Source: Acidobacteriota bacterium (GTDB lineage: Bacteria; Acidobacteriota; UBA890; WLXD01). Taken from it: a stretch of 64,000 nt of DNA. The position numbers and the translations under genes were made by a program. Below the pieces are notes generated by a model. It searched no databases, was not told the DNA's origin, and was given only the letters and a program-made list of their open reading frames with translations. The stretch lies in NCBI GenBank assembly GCA_965205505.1, contig CBDBHB010000009.1:1536001-1600000 (forward strand), written 5' to 3'. Position 1 is the first letter of the stretch; every line of letters starts with the position of its first letter. Below, piece by piece: positions 26,084 through 36,406 of this stretch.

Positions 26084-27549
26084 TGAGCTATCCGGTGCTG
26101 TCGGTCACGACGTTCCTGCCGCTACTGGGCGCCGTGGTGATCCTGCTCGTCGGCGGAGCGCGGCGGGCGCGTTGGATTGCGCTGGCCACGACATCAGCGA
26201 CGCTGGCTGTCTCGGTGCCGCTGTACACGGGCTTCGACAAGGGCTCGGGCGCACTGCAGTTCGTCGAGTCGGCCCATTGGATCCCGGCCTGGAACATCAC
26301 CTACAGCATGGGTGTGGACGGAATCAGCCTGCCGTTTATTTTCCTCGCAACGCTGCTGAGCGTGCTCTGTGTGAGCGTCTCGTGGACCGCGGTGCAGACC
26401 AAGCCGCGCGAGTTCTACGCCGCGCTCATGGTGGCCGAGACGGCGATGATAGGCTTGTTCGCCGCCTCGAACCTGTTCTTGTTCTTTGTTTTCTGGGAGC
26501 TCATCGTCGTTCCGATCTTTCTGCTGGTCGGTGTTTGGGGCGGACCGGGGCGCGTCTTTGCCTCGGTCAAGTTCCTTATCTTCACCTTGACCGGAAGCGT
26601 CTTGATGCTCGTGGGGATGATCGCGCTGCACCAGGCGGCCGGCACCCTCGATTTCAGGGCGCTCGCCCTTGCCCAACAGCAACTCGATCCGGTAACTCAG
26701 GGCTGGCTCTTCGCTGCTTTCCTGGCCGCGTTCGCCGTCAAGGTGCCGATGTTCCCGGTGCACACGTGGCTGCCGAACGCCCACACCGAGGCACCCACGG
26801 CAGGTAGCGTGATTCTGGCCGGAATTCTCCTGAAGATGGGCGCCTACGGGTTCTTGCGGGTCTCGCTCCCCATCCTTCCCGAGGGCGTGCAGCTGTTCCT
26901 CACCCCCATGCTGGTGCTCTCCGCGGTGGCGATCGTCTACGGCGCCTATGTGACCTTGGTGCAGACAGACGTCAAACGTCTGATCGCCTATTCCAGCGTC
27001 AGCCACATGGGCTTCGTCACGCTGGGCATATTCACCCTCGACCAGAGCGGTGTCGAGGGCGCGATCCTGCAGATGATCAACCACGGGATCATCTCCGCGG
27101 CGCTCTTCCTGTGCGTCGGGATGATCTACGAGCGCACCCACACGCGCGAGATCAAGGACTACGGTGGCGTCGCCAGGCTGGCGCCGGTCTACAGCACGAT
27201 GCTGGCGTTCTTCTGCCTGGCGGCCACCGGGTTGCCGGGATTGAACTCCTTCGTCGGCGAGTTCCTCATCGTCAGCGGCGCGTTCAGAACGCAGGTATGG
27301 CTCGGTGTCGCCGCTGTCTGGGGCGTTGCCCTGGGAACGGCGTACATGGTCTGGCTGTACTACCGAGTGGTGATGGGGCGGCCGAACCCGGGGCTCGAGG
27401 GGCTCAAGCTCGAGCTCAATTCGCGTGAGTTCGTGACCTTGGCGCCGCTGGTCTTGCTCGCCTTGTGCCTGGGTCTCTATCCCGAGCTCGTCCTGTCCTA
27501 TCTTCGCGTGCCTGTGGCGGAACTCTTGGCCATCGGAGGCCTGCAGTGA
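26080..27549 (+). CDS. nuoM: Complex I subunit M
   Basis: GVDGISLP, FWE, KVPMFPVHTWLP..HTEAPT, LLKMG, YSSVSHMG. Confidence 0.93.
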   Translation: MMSYPVLSVTTFLPLLGAVVILLVGGARRARWIALATTSATLAVSVPLYTGFDKGSGALQFVESAHWIPAWNITYSMGVDGISLPFIFLATLLSVLCVSVSWTAVQTKPREFYAALMVAETAMIGLFAASNLFLFFVFWELIVVPIFLLVGVWGGPGRVFASVKFLIFTLTGSVLMLVGMIALHQAAGTLDFRALALAQQQLDPVTQGWLFAAFLAAFAVKVPMFPVHTWLPNAHTEAPTAGSVILAGILLKMGAYGFLRVSLPILPEGVQLFLTPMLVLSAVAIVYGAYVTLVQTDVKRLIAYSSVSHMGFVTLGIFTLDQSGVEGAILQMINHGIISAALFLCVGMIYERTHTREIKDYGGVARLAPVYSTMLAFFCLAATGLPGLNSFVGEFLIVSGAFRTQVWLGVAAVWGVALGTAYMVWLYYRVVMGRPNPGLEGLKLELNSREFVTLAPLVLLALCLGLYPELVLSYLRVPVAELLAIGGLQ

Positions 27550-28967
27550 GGGCCCCCAACGCCGCCGATCTGGCCTTGCTGGTGCCGGAGATGATTCTCG
27601 TCGTCGCCGTGCTGGCGCTCATGCTCGCGGCGCGCCGCATTCGACAGGGGCATGTCGCCTCCATAGGCACCGCAGTCGCCGCGCTGGCCGCAGGGATTGC
27701 CGCGAGTCAGGCTTCGTTATCGGGCGTGACCAGCGGCTTCGCCGGCATGTTCGTGCTGGATGGCTACTCACAGTTCTTCAAGTTGCTGATCGCCGCGGCA
27801 CTGCTGTTAGCCACCCTGCTCTCGGTAGGGCGCCGTCAGGACGACGGCATCCCGCGCGGCGACTACCACGTGCTGCTGCTTCTGGCTGCCACCGGAATGA
27901 TGATCTCGGTTTCGGCCGCCGACCTCATTCCGCTATACCTCGCCCTCGAGCTGATGACCCTCTGCTCGTACATCCTCGTCGGCATCCGGGTGGAGAGGCC
28001 GGCGTCCAATGAGGCGGCGATCAAGTATTTCCTGCTCGGTTCCTTTGCTTCGGCGTTGTTGCTTTTCGGCATCAGCCTCACGTATGGGCTCACCGGCACG
28101 ACCGCCTATGAGGGCATCGCCTCGGCGCTGTACTCGCGAGGCCTGGTAAGCCAGCCGTTCCTGCTGGTCGCCATCGGACTGGTGGTGGGCGGGCTTGCCT
28201 TCAAGATCGCCGCGGTGCCATTCCACGCGTGGGCGCCGGATGCCTACCAGGGCGCCAGCGCACCGGTTGCCGGGTTCCTGGCGGCCGGTTCCAAGGCGGC
28301 CGGCCTGGCAGCGCTCGGGCGGGTCCTGATGGTCGCGTTCGGTACGGAGGCCGCCGTGCTCTCGACAATCGTGGTGGCGTTGGCTGGGCTGTCCCTGCTC
28401 GTCGGCAGCATCCTGGCGCTGTCGCAGACCGACATGAAACGCCTGCTGGCCTATTCGTCCATCGCCCACGCAGGGTACGCGCTGCTCGGTCTCGTTGCCG
28501 GCACGCCCTCGGGCGCCTCCGCCACCATGACGTATGCTTTCTTCTATGTGTTCATGACGCTCGGAGCCTTCGGCGTGGTCATCGCGCTGGGCGAGCGCGG
28601 CGAGAAGCTGGACGGCTTTCAAGGGTTGGCTGCGCAACGACCAGCGCTGGCCGCGGTCATGCTGCTGTTCCTGCTGTCGCTCACCGGGTTCCCACCGACG
28701 GCGGGATTCGTGGCCAAGTTCGGGGTCATTACGAGCGCGGTGCAGGCAGGCTACGTTGCCCTGGCGATTCTTGCGGTTGGCTGCAGCGTGATCACCGCGT
28801 TCGTCTACATGCGGGTGGCGGTGCTCATGTATATGAGCAGTACCGTTGCACCGCCGCCGCCGCGTTTCCCGCTGGCGGTGACGGCGGCGCTGGCGGTAGC
28901 GGCGTTGGTCACCCTGGCCGGTGGGATCTTCCCTGCTGGCCTGATGTCCTGGGCGGTGTCGCCATGA
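27546..28967 (+). CDS. nuoN: Complex I subunit N
   Basis: LELMTL, EAAIKYFLLG, FKIAAVPFHAWAPDAYQG, KRLLAYSSIAHAG. Confidence 0.93.
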   Translation: MRAPNAADLALLVPEMILVVAVLALMLAARRIRQGHVASIGTAVAALAAGIAASQASLSGVTSGFAGMFVLDGYSQFFKLLIAAALLLATLLSVGRRQDDGIPRGDYHVLLLLAATGMMISVSAADLIPLYLALELMTLCSYILVGIRVERPASNEAAIKYFLLGSFASALLLFGISLTYGLTGTTAYEGIASALYSRGLVSQPFLLVAIGLVVGGLAFKIAAVPFHAWAPDAYQGASAPVAGFLAAGSKAAGLAALGRVLMVAFGTEAAVLSTIVVALAGLSLLVGSILALSQTDMKRLLAYSSIAHAGYALLGLVAGTPSGASATMTYAFFYVFMTLGAFGVVIALGERGEKLDGFQGLAAQRPALAAVMLLFLLSLTGFPPTAGFVAKFGVITSAVQAGYVALAILAVGCSVITAFVYMRVAVLMYMSSTVAPPPPRFPLAVTAALAVAALVTLAGGIFPAGLMSWAVSP

Positions 28968-29059
28968 ACCCGACAACGGTGCGAGATGCCGCGTTCCCGC
29001 CCGTGCTAGATTTCAAAGTCCTTCTTCAACTGCCCGCTACCAAGGTCGTCGACTCGTGA
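28964..29059 (+). CDS. Possible 31-aa linker ORF coupling nuoN to nuoA
   Basis: ATGA overlap with nuoN stop and GTGA overlap with nuoA start; MNPTTVRDAAFPPVLDFKVLLQLPATKVVDS. Confidence 0.3.
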   Translation: MNPTTVRDAAFPPVLDFKVLLQLPATKVVDS

Positions 29060-29409
29060 ACGAGTACATCGGCATTGCCGTCATTTTCGTGCTCGCCGGT
29101 GGCCTCGCCGGCGTCATGGTCTGGCTGGGCTCGGTGCTGGGGAAAAAGAACTCCACCGCCGAGAAGCTGGGCCCTTTCGAGTGCGGTCAGGAGCCCTTTT
29201 CCTTGCCCATCGGGAAGCTGGCGGTGAAGTTCTATCTAACCGCGATTCTGTTCATTCTGTTCGACGTCGAGCTCGTCTTTCTCTACCCCTGGGCCGTGCT
29301 CTACCGCCGGCTAGGGCTCCTCGGTCTGGTGGAGATGGGGGTGTTTCTCGGCATCCTGATCGTCGGCTACGTGTACGCCCGCGACAACGGCGCCCTGGAC
29401 TGGAAGTGA
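29056..29409 (+). CDS. nuoA: Complex I subunit A
   Basis: PFECG, FYLTAILFILFDVE, ALDW. Confidence 0.95.
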   Translation: MNEYIGIAVIFVLAGGLAGVMVWLGSVLGKKNSTAEKLGPFECGQEPFSLPIGKLAVKFYLTAILFILFDVELVFLYPWAVLYRRLGLLGLVEMGVFLGILIVGYVYARDNGALDWK

Positions 29410-29410
29410 C

Positions 29411-29932
29411 ATGCAGAAAGACCCGTCTTACTTCGGCCAAAGCGAACCGTCGTACTTCACCAGCCGTCTCGATGCGGCGATCGGCTGGGCCCGCAAGTAC
29501 TCGATCTTTCAGTACCCGTTCGTCACCGCCTGTTGCGGCATGGAGTACATGGCCGCTGCTTGCTCCCACTACGACGTCGACCGATTCGGCGCAGGGCTAC
29601 CGCGATTCTCCCCCCGTCAGGCCGACGTGCTCTTCGTCGTCGGCACCATCAGCCACAAGATGGCTCCGGTGCTGAAGCGCATCCACGAGCAGATGGCAGA
29701 TCCCAACTGGGTCGTCGCTTTCGGGGTGTGCACGTGCACCGGCGGCTTCTACGACAACTACGCGACCGTCATGGGCATCGACACGATCATGCCGGTGGAT
29801 GTCTACATTCCCGGATGTCCACCGCGGCCGGAGATGGTCCTGGACGGGCTGATGAAGCTGCAAGACAAGATCCAAGCGCAGCACACGACCGGCAAGCGCC
29901 CCGAGCCGGAACAACGGCCGGACATCTTCTGA
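29411..29932 (+). CDS. nuoB: Complex I subunit B
   Basis: TACCGME, SPRQAD, PVDVYIPGCPPRPE. Confidence 0.95.
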   Translation: MQKDPSYFGQSEPSYFTSRLDAAIGWARKYSIFQYPFVTACCGMEYMAAACSHYDVDRFGAGLPRFSPRQADVLFVVGTISHKMAPVLKRIHEQMADPNWVVAFGVCTCTGGFYDNYATVMGIDTIMPVDVYIPGCPPRPEMVLDGLMKLQDKIQAQHTTGKRPEPEQRPDIF

Positions 29933-29934
29933 CC

Positions 29935-30516
29935 ATGGACAACTCCTCGTTGCTCGCATCGGTCACCGACCGATTCCCGGATGCGGTGCTTGCCTCGCAC
30001 GCGTACCGCGGCGACGCCACGCTGCTGTTGCGTCCGGAGTCACTGCTCGCGGTTGCGCGCTTCCTCAAGGAGGACGCGGCGCTGCGGATGAACTTCCTGG
30101 TGGACGTGACCGCGGTCGACTATTCCGCTTTCGGAAAGGCGCCGGCACGCGCGTTCTTCGCATCCTCTGGTGTATCTGTGAGGCCTTCTGCGCAGATACC
30201 CGACCCGGACCCATGGCCCGGACCCCAGAGCGAGGGGCGCTTCGCAGTCGTGTACCACTTCTATTCGATGACCCAAAAGCATCGACTCCGGCTGGTGGTA
30301 CCGGCGCAGGAGGATGAGCCAGAGGTGGACTCGCTGATCTCGCTGTGGCCGGCAGCCAACTGGCTCGAGCGTGAGGTGTGGGACATGTTCGGGATCAGTT
30401 TCACCGGACACCCTGACCTCCGGCGGATTCTCATGTACGAGCCCTTCGAAGGCCACCCGTTGCGCAAGGACTATCCCGTCAACAAGCGCCAGCCCCTCAT
30501 CGGGCCGCAGAACTAG
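29935..30516 (+). CDS. nuoC: Complex I subunit C
   Basis: DVTAVDY, WLEREVWDMFGI, GHPLRKDYP. Confidence 0.93.
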   Translation: MDNSSLLASVTDRFPDAVLASHAYRGDATLLLRPESLLAVARFLKEDAALRMNFLVDVTAVDYSAFGKAPARAFFASSGVSVRPSAQIPDPDPWPGPQSEGRFAVVYHFYSMTQKHRLRLVVPAQEDEPEVDSLISLWPAANWLEREVWDMFGISFTGHPDLRRILMYEPFEGHPLRKDYPVNKRQPLIGPQN

Positions 30517-30530
30517 ACGGTCTGCTCGCC

Positions 30531-31916
30531 ATGGCCATGCAAAAGAACCCGATAGTGGAGACGAGATCGATCTCCGAGCCGGATGCTGCCGGACTCGAAA
30601 CGCGCGACATGATGCTCAACATCGGTCCCGCCCATCCGGCCATGCACGGCATTATTCGCATCGTCGCCAAGCTCGAGGGCGAGCAGATCGAAGCCGCCGA
30701 CGTCGAGATCGGCTATCTCCACCGCGGCTTCGAGAAGATGTCGGAGACGGTCGACTACAACGGCGTCGTGCCCTACACCGATCGACTCAACTACGTATCG
30801 CCACTGATCAACAACATGGGCTACTGCATGGCGGTGGAGAAGCTCCTCGGGATCTCGGTGCCCGAGCGTTGTCACTACGTGCGCGTCATCATGTCCGAGA
30901 TCTCGCGCGTCTCGGACCATCTCACGTGCGTTGGTGCCACCGCCATGGAGCTCGGCGCCTTCACCGTCTTCCTCTACATGATCAAGGCGCGCGAGTATCT
31001 CTGGGAGCTCGTGGAGCAGGTCACCGGGGCGCGGCTGACCATCACCTACTGTCGTGTTGGCGGAGTGAAGGCTGACCTTCCAGACGGGTTCGCCGAGGCT
31101 TGCGTCGAGGCGTTCAAGGAGACCCGCAAGGTGCTGGAGGAGTCCAACGCGCTCCTCACCCGCAACCGCATCTTCGCAGATCGCATGAACGACACCGGCG
31201 CGATCTCGGCGGAAGACGCCATCGCCTATGGGATCACCGGGCCGTTCCTGCGCGCCAGCGGCGCCGAGTACGACGTCCGTAAGGATTGCCCGTACGCCGT
31301 CTACGACCAGATCGACTTCGATGTGCCGGTGGGCACTCGCGGCGACAACATGGATCGGTATCTGGTGCGTATGGAGGAGATGGAGCAATCCATGCGCATC
31401 GTCGAAAGGGCACTGGAGCAGATACCCGGTGGCCCAGTGCTGGTGAATCCCGAGACCGGGCGTCCAATCCCGGCTGCGGAGATGGTCGACCTCGCCAAGA
31501 TGGGCGACATCGGCGCGTTCTCGGGCGGATGCGCCGTGACCGGTCCGACCCTCGAGGGTTCGGGTCGTCTCTACCTTCCATCGATCGCCACCGACGAGAA
31601 GCGCGCTTTCTTCCCTGCGAAGGAGGACAGCTACGGCAACATCGAGGGGCTCATGCAGCAGTTCAAGCTCGTCATGCACGGCCACGGCGTGCGTCCTCCG
31701 GTAGGAGAGGTTTACCACCCGGTGGAGGGTGCCAACGGCGAGCTCGGGTTCTACGTGGTGAGCGATGGCGCCGGCAACGCCTACCGGGTTCGGGTGCGGC
31801 CGCCATGCTTTGCCATCATGTCAGCGCTATCGAAGCTGCTCGAAGGCGAAATGATCGCCGATATGGTTCCCACCTTCGGCTCGGTCAACATGATCGGCGG
31901 GGAGCTCGATCGGTGA
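30531..31916 (+). CDS. nuoD: Complex I subunit D
   Basis: NIGPAHPAMHG, GYLHRGFEK, DRLNY, GELDR; no NiFe CxxC motifs. Confidence 0.95.
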   Translation: MAMQKNPIVETRSISEPDAAGLETRDMMLNIGPAHPAMHGIIRIVAKLEGEQIEAADVEIGYLHRGFEKMSETVDYNGVVPYTDRLNYVSPLINNMGYCMAVEKLLGISVPERCHYVRVIMSEISRVSDHLTCVGATAMELGAFTVFLYMIKAREYLWELVEQVTGARLTITYCRVGGVKADLPDGFAEACVEAFKETRKVLEESNALLTRNRIFADRMNDTGAISAEDAIAYGITGPFLRASGAEYDVRKDCPYAVYDQIDFDVPVGTRGDNMDRYLVRMEEMEQSMRIVERALEQIPGGPVLVNPETGRPIPAAEMVDLAKMGDIGAFSGGCAVTGPTLEGSGRLYLPSIATDEKRAFFPAKEDSYGNIEGLMQQFKLVMHGHGVRPPVGEVYHPVEGANGELGFYVVSDGAGNAYRVRVRPPCFAIMSALSKLLEGEMIADMVPTFGSVNMIGGELDR

Positions 31917-33715
31917 ACCTGCCGGATCTCGAGGGTCAGGCACGGGAGATCGTGCAGCTTTACGAGTACCCCAAGGCGGCGATGCTGCCGGTGCTGTGGC
32001 TCGTCCAGCAGAACCAGGGCTACGTCAGCCTGGACTCGGAGGCCTGGGTCGGTGGCATCCTCGGCGTGCCGCGATCCCAGGTGCACGAGGCGGTCACGTT
32101 CTACAACATGTTTCACACGCAGCCGGTTGGCCGTCGCGAGCTTCGGGTATGCACGAGCCTCCCTTGCCTGCTGCGCGGCGGCGGCGAGCTTCTCGAGCGC
32201 ATCGAGGAGAAGCTGGGCATCAAGCCAGGCGAGACGACTGCCGACGGGGCGGTCACGCTTACCGAGACCGAGTGCCTGTGCGCCTGCGAGATGGCGCCGA
32301 TGGCGCAGCTTGATGAGAGATTCGTCGGGCCGCTGGAGGGCTCCACGGTCGACGACATACTCCAGGATGCGCGCACCGCGCCCGGCTCACCGGAAGTAAC
32401 GCCGGAACCGTCGCCCTACGTCTGTTCCGACGGGCCGATCCTGTCGAAGCGCTTCGGCAACCCCGAGGGAACCTGGTTCGACGACTTCGTGGCCGACGAG
32501 GGATATGTCGCAGCCAGGAAGGTACTGAGCTCGATGACGCCGGAGCAGGTGATCGAGGAGGTCTCCAAGCCGAGCCTACGTGGCCTCGGTGGTGCCGGGT
32601 TCCCGACTGGCAGGAAGTGGTCGTTTGTCCCGAAGGAGACCGACAAGCCGAAGTACCTGGTGGTCAACGCCGACGAAGGTGAGCCGGGCACCTTCAAAGA
32701 CCGCTACATCATGGAGCGCGACCCGCACAATCTGCTCGAAGGGATGATCATCGCCGCCTACGCCATCGGCTGCCATAAGGCCTACATTTACATTCGCGGC
32801 GAGTACTTCGAGTCAGCCCACCGCATGCGCCGCGCGATTGAAGAGGCCCGCGAGCAGGGCTGGCTCGGCAAGGACATGCAGGGCAGCGGCTTCGACCTCG
32901 ACGTGGTGGTGCACGCAGGAGCCGGAGCCTACATCTGCGGCGAGGAGACCGCGCTGCTGACCTCGCTCGAGGGCGGCAAGGGTTTCCCCAAGCTCAAGCC
33001 ACCGTTTCCGGCGATCGAAGGCCTTTTCGCCTGCCCGACGATCGTCAACAACGTCGAGACCCTCGCCTGTGTGCCCTTCATCCTCCGTGAGGGCGCCGAT
33101 CGCTTTGCCGCCATCGGCACGGAGCGCCAGGGTGGTACGCGGCTGTTCTGCGTAAGCGGCCACGTCGTGCGGCCGGGAGTTTACGAGGCGTCGGTAAGCG
33201 TGACGCTTCGCGAGCTCATCGAGAACGAGGAGTATGCCGGCGGCGTTAGCGGCGGCAACAGGCTCAAGGCCGTCATCCCTGGCGGCATCTCGGCAAAGAT
33301 TCTCACTGCCGAGGAAATCGATGTGGCCATGGACTTCGACTCGCTGATGGCCGCGGGCACGATGGCCGGCTCCGGCGGCGTCATCGTCATGGACCACACC
33401 ACCTCGATGGTCGATGCGCTCGAGTCCGCTTCGAAGTTCTTCGCCGACGAATCCTGTGGACAGTGCTCGCCGTGCCGTGAGGGCACCGGCTGGGTGCACC
33501 GCATCATGCGGCGAATCGTCGCCAACGAAGGCGATATCCAGGACCTCGACAACATGTTGACCATTGCCGGCGAGATGGAGGGGAAGACCATCTGCGTATT
33601 CGCCGACGCCGCTGCCTGGCCGGTGCAGTCGTACATCGGCAAGTTCCGGGACGAGTTCGAGGAGTTTGTCCGTAGCGGCCGCAAGGCCGAGAGTGTGGAG
33701 GCGGTGAATGCCTAA
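31913..33715 (+). CDS. nuoF: Fused complex I subunits E and F
   Basis: CTSLPC..ECLCAC then LRGLGGAGFPTG, NADEGEPG, ESCGQCSPCREG in one frame. Confidence 0.92.
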   Translation: MNLPDLEGQAREIVQLYEYPKAAMLPVLWLVQQNQGYVSLDSEAWVGGILGVPRSQVHEAVTFYNMFHTQPVGRRELRVCTSLPCLLRGGGELLERIEEKLGIKPGETTADGAVTLTETECLCACEMAPMAQLDERFVGPLEGSTVDDILQDARTAPGSPEVTPEPSPYVCSDGPILSKRFGNPEGTWFDDFVADEGYVAARKVLSSMTPEQVIEEVSKPSLRGLGGAGFPTGRKWSFVPKETDKPKYLVVNADEGEPGTFKDRYIMERDPHNLLEGMIIAAYAIGCHKAYIYIRGEYFESAHRMRRAIEEAREQGWLGKDMQGSGFDLDVVVHAGAGAYICGEETALLTSLEGGKGFPKLKPPFPAIEGLFACPTIVNNVETLACVPFILREGADRFAAIGTERQGGTRLFCVSGHVVRPGVYEASVSVTLRELIENEEYAGGVSGGNRLKAVIPGGISAKILTAEEIDVAMDFDSLMAAGTMAGSGGVIVMDHTTSMVDALESASKFFADESCGQCSPCREGTGWVHRIMRRIVANEGDIQDLDNMLTIAGEMEGKTICVFADAAAWPVQSYIGKFRDEFEEFVRSGRKAESVEAVNA

Positions 33716-35315
33716 GCTCACCATCGACGACCGCGAGATCGAGGTCGCCGAGGGAACCATGGTCATCCAGGCCGCGGAGCAGCTCGGGATCTTCGTCCCG
33801 CGCTACTGCTATCACCCGGGCCTCTCGATCGCGGGCAACTGTCGTATCTGTCTGGTGGAAGTCGAGAAGAACCCCAAGCTGCAGATCGCGTGCAATCTGC
33901 CGGCCACCGAGGGGATGGTCGTGCACACGCAGAACGAGCGGGCGGAGGACGGTCGGCGGTCGGTTCTGGAGTTCTTGCTTGCCAATCACCCGCTCGATTG
34001 TCCCGTCTGTGACCAGTCGGGCGAGTGTGACCTGCAGAACTTCTACATGAACTTCGGGCTCTACAGCCCGCTGTTCCGCGAGCACAAGGTCAAGAAGCAG
34101 AAGGCAGTAGAGCTCGGCCCGCATGTGATGCTCGATCAGGAACGCTGCATCCTGTGCTCCCGATGTGTGCGTTTCACCGACGAGATCACCGAGACTCACG
34201 AGTTCGGCATCTTCAACCGCGGCGACCGCGCGCAGCTGGCCATCTATCCGGGCGCCACGCTCGACAACGACTACTCTGCCAACGTCGTTGATATCTGCCC
34301 GGTGGGCGCGCTCACCGAAACCGACTTCCGTTTCAAGGCCCGCGTCTGGTACCTCTCGAGCGCCCCTACGGTGTGCAATGGCTGCAGTCGCGGATGCAAC
34401 ATCGACATGCACTTCGTTCTCGACCGGCCACACTTGAACGACGGCGCCCGCATGGCTCGCGTCAAGCCGCGCTACAACGCCGACGTCAACGAGTGGTGGC
34501 TGTGCGACGAAGGCCGCTACGGCCTCGGCTGGTTGGATCACGAGCGCCTCGACCTGGTGCGCGGGCCCGCCGGTGACTCCACCTGGGAGCAGGCTATGGA
34601 GACGATCTCGTCACGGCTCGGTGGCGACGGCGCCCGCCTGGGCGTGATCGCCTCCGCGCAACTGACCAATGAGGAGCTCTTCCTGATCCGGGAGGTGTTC
34701 CAGGGGGCGCAAATCAGCGCCAACGTTCCTGAGCAGCCTGGCTCTTCGGACGACTTCCTCATCAAGGCCGACAAGAACCCGAACACGCTCGGGGCGACGA
34801 TGCTCGGCCTCGCTGGCTCCGAAGCGCCAGAAGCCGGGCAGATCCTGGACGAGGCGCTGGCCGGAAACCTGGACGCTATCTGGGTCTTCGGGCACGATCT
34901 GGTGGACCTTTTCGGCGAGGAAAAGGCACTTGAGCTGGCCAACAAGGTCGATCTCCTGGTCTTTTCCGGGACGAACGAGAACGCCACGGCGTCGCTCGCC
35001 CACTGGACACTGCCGACTGCCGGCTACGTCGAGAAGGATGGGACGTTCGTCAACTGCGAGGGTCGCGTCCAGCGAGTCGGTCGGGTGATGCCGCCCTACG
35101 GGCGCTCGCAGGAGGACTGGCGCCTGCTCTTGAAGCTCGCGGAGTTGCTCGGTCGACCGCTCGATTGGGCGAAACCCGAAGAGATCTTCGCGGCGCTTGC
35201 CGAGGCCGAAGCGCCCTTCGCCGGGCTGAGCTACGAAGCCATCGGAGTTGAAGGTGCCGCGATCGCGCCCAACAGCCCGCCGCCAGGGCCGCGAGCAGAG
35301 ACGGCAACACTGTGA
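33708..35315 (+). CDS. nuoG: Complex I subunit G (short form)
   Basis: CYHPGLSIAGNCRICLVE, NHPLDCPVCDQSGEC, RCILCSRCVRF, CNGCSRGC. Confidence 0.92.
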   Translation: MPKLTIDDREIEVAEGTMVIQAAEQLGIFVPRYCYHPGLSIAGNCRICLVEVEKNPKLQIACNLPATEGMVVHTQNERAEDGRRSVLEFLLANHPLDCPVCDQSGECDLQNFYMNFGLYSPLFREHKVKKQKAVELGPHVMLDQERCILCSRCVRFTDEITETHEFGIFNRGDRAQLAIYPGATLDNDYSANVVDICPVGALTETDFRFKARVWYLSSAPTVCNGCSRGCNIDMHFVLDRPHLNDGARMARVKPRYNADVNEWWLCDEGRYGLGWLDHERLDLVRGPAGDSTWEQAMETISSRLGGDGARLGVIASAQLTNEELFLIREVFQGAQISANVPEQPGSSDDFLIKADKNPNTLGATMLGLAGSEAPEAGQILDEALAGNLDAIWVFGHDLVDLFGEEKALELANKVDLLVFSGTNENATASLAHWTLPTAGYVEKDGTFVNCEGRVQRVGRVMPPYGRSQEDWRLLLKLAELLGRPLDWAKPEEIFAALAEAEAPFAGLSYEAIGVEGAAIAPNSPPPGPRAETATL

Positions 35316-36406
35316 TCGAAGCGCTCCTCATCAAGCTGACGCTGGCCGGGATCGTGCTCTTCGGCGTGATCAACTTCGCCGGCCTGCACACCTGGGTGGA
35401 GCGTAAGCAATCGGCGCTGATCCAGGATCGGATCGGGGCCAACCGCGCCCCCATCTTCGGCTTTCGCGCGCTGGGTCTGTTTCACGGCATCGCCGACGCC
35501 ATCAAGATGTTCACCAAGGAAGACATCGTTCCGACCGGCGCCAACAAGACGCTCCATACCCTGGCGCCATTCTTCTCGGTATTCTTCGCCCTGGTGGCCT
35601 TCGCGGCGATCCCGTTCGGGGACCGGCTGGTATGGGGAGATCTGGTCATCGATCTGCAGGTGGCCAACATCAACGCCGCGTTACTCTACGTGTTTGCCAT
35701 GCTTTCGATGGGCGTCTATGGCGTCATCCTTGCCGGCTTCGCCTCCCGCAACAACTACGCGATCATGGGGGGTTTGCGCGCCACTGCGCAGATGATCTCC
35801 TACGAGATCGCACTGGGCATGGCCATCCTCGGCGTGATCATGGTCTACGGAACCATGAACCTGTCTGAGCTGGTTCGCGCCCAGGGGCAGATGGTCGGTG
35901 GCTGGATACCGCTGTGGGGAATCGTCACCCAACCGGTGGCCTTCTTCATCTTCGTGACCGCGGCGCTGGCGGAGACCAAGCGGTTGCCCTTCGATCTTCC
36001 CGAAGGTGAGTCGGAGATCATCGGCTACTTCGTCGAATACAGCGGCATGAAGTTCGGGATGTTCTTCCTTACGGACTTCCTTGAGACCATCATGGTCGCT
36101 TGCCTTACGACGACGCTGTTTTTCGGTGGCTGGCAGGTACCGTTTCTCACGCCGGAGGGATTCCAGTTCCCCTGGGGCGCGCAGATCCCGTTGACCAACC
36201 TCGTCTACGTCCTGCTTGGGGTGGCGAGCTTCACGATCAAGGTGGTGGCCTTTTCCTGGCTGTTCATGCAACTACGCTGGACCTTGCCGCGCTTCCGCTA
36301 CGATCAGCTCATGGGCCTGGGCTGGAAGGGGCTGTTCCCGGTCGCGGTGGTCAACGTCGTGGTGACGGCCCTGGTGCTGCTGTTCTTTGCAGAGGGGACC
36401 TCGTGA
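35312..36406 (+). CDS. nuoH: Complex I subunit H
   Basis: ERK..QDRIG, ADAIK, AQMISYE, PFDLPEGESE, PRFRYDQLM. Confidence 0.95.
   Translation: MIEALLIKLTLAGIVLFGVINFAGLHTWVERKQSALIQDRIGANRAPIFGFRALGLFHGIADAIKMFTKEDIVPTGANKTLHTLAPFFSVFFALVAFAAIPFGDRLVWGDLVIDLQVANINAALLYVFAMLSMGVYGVILAGFASRNNYAIMGGLRATAQMISYEIALGMAILGVIMVYGTMNLSELVRAQGQMVGGWIPLWGIVTQPVAFFIFVTAALAETKRLPFDLPEGESEIIGYFVEYSGMKFGMFFLTDFLETIMVACLTTTLFFGGWQVPFLTPEGFQFPWGAQIPLTNLVYVLLGVASFTIKVVAFSWLFMQLRWTLPRFRYDQLMGLGWKGLFPVAVVNVVVTALVLLFFAEGTS

Noticed and set aside
30531-31916. Group 4 NiFe hydrogenase large subunit
   Set aside because: No CxxC metal-binding motifs; quinone-site His/Tyr motifs of NuoD are present
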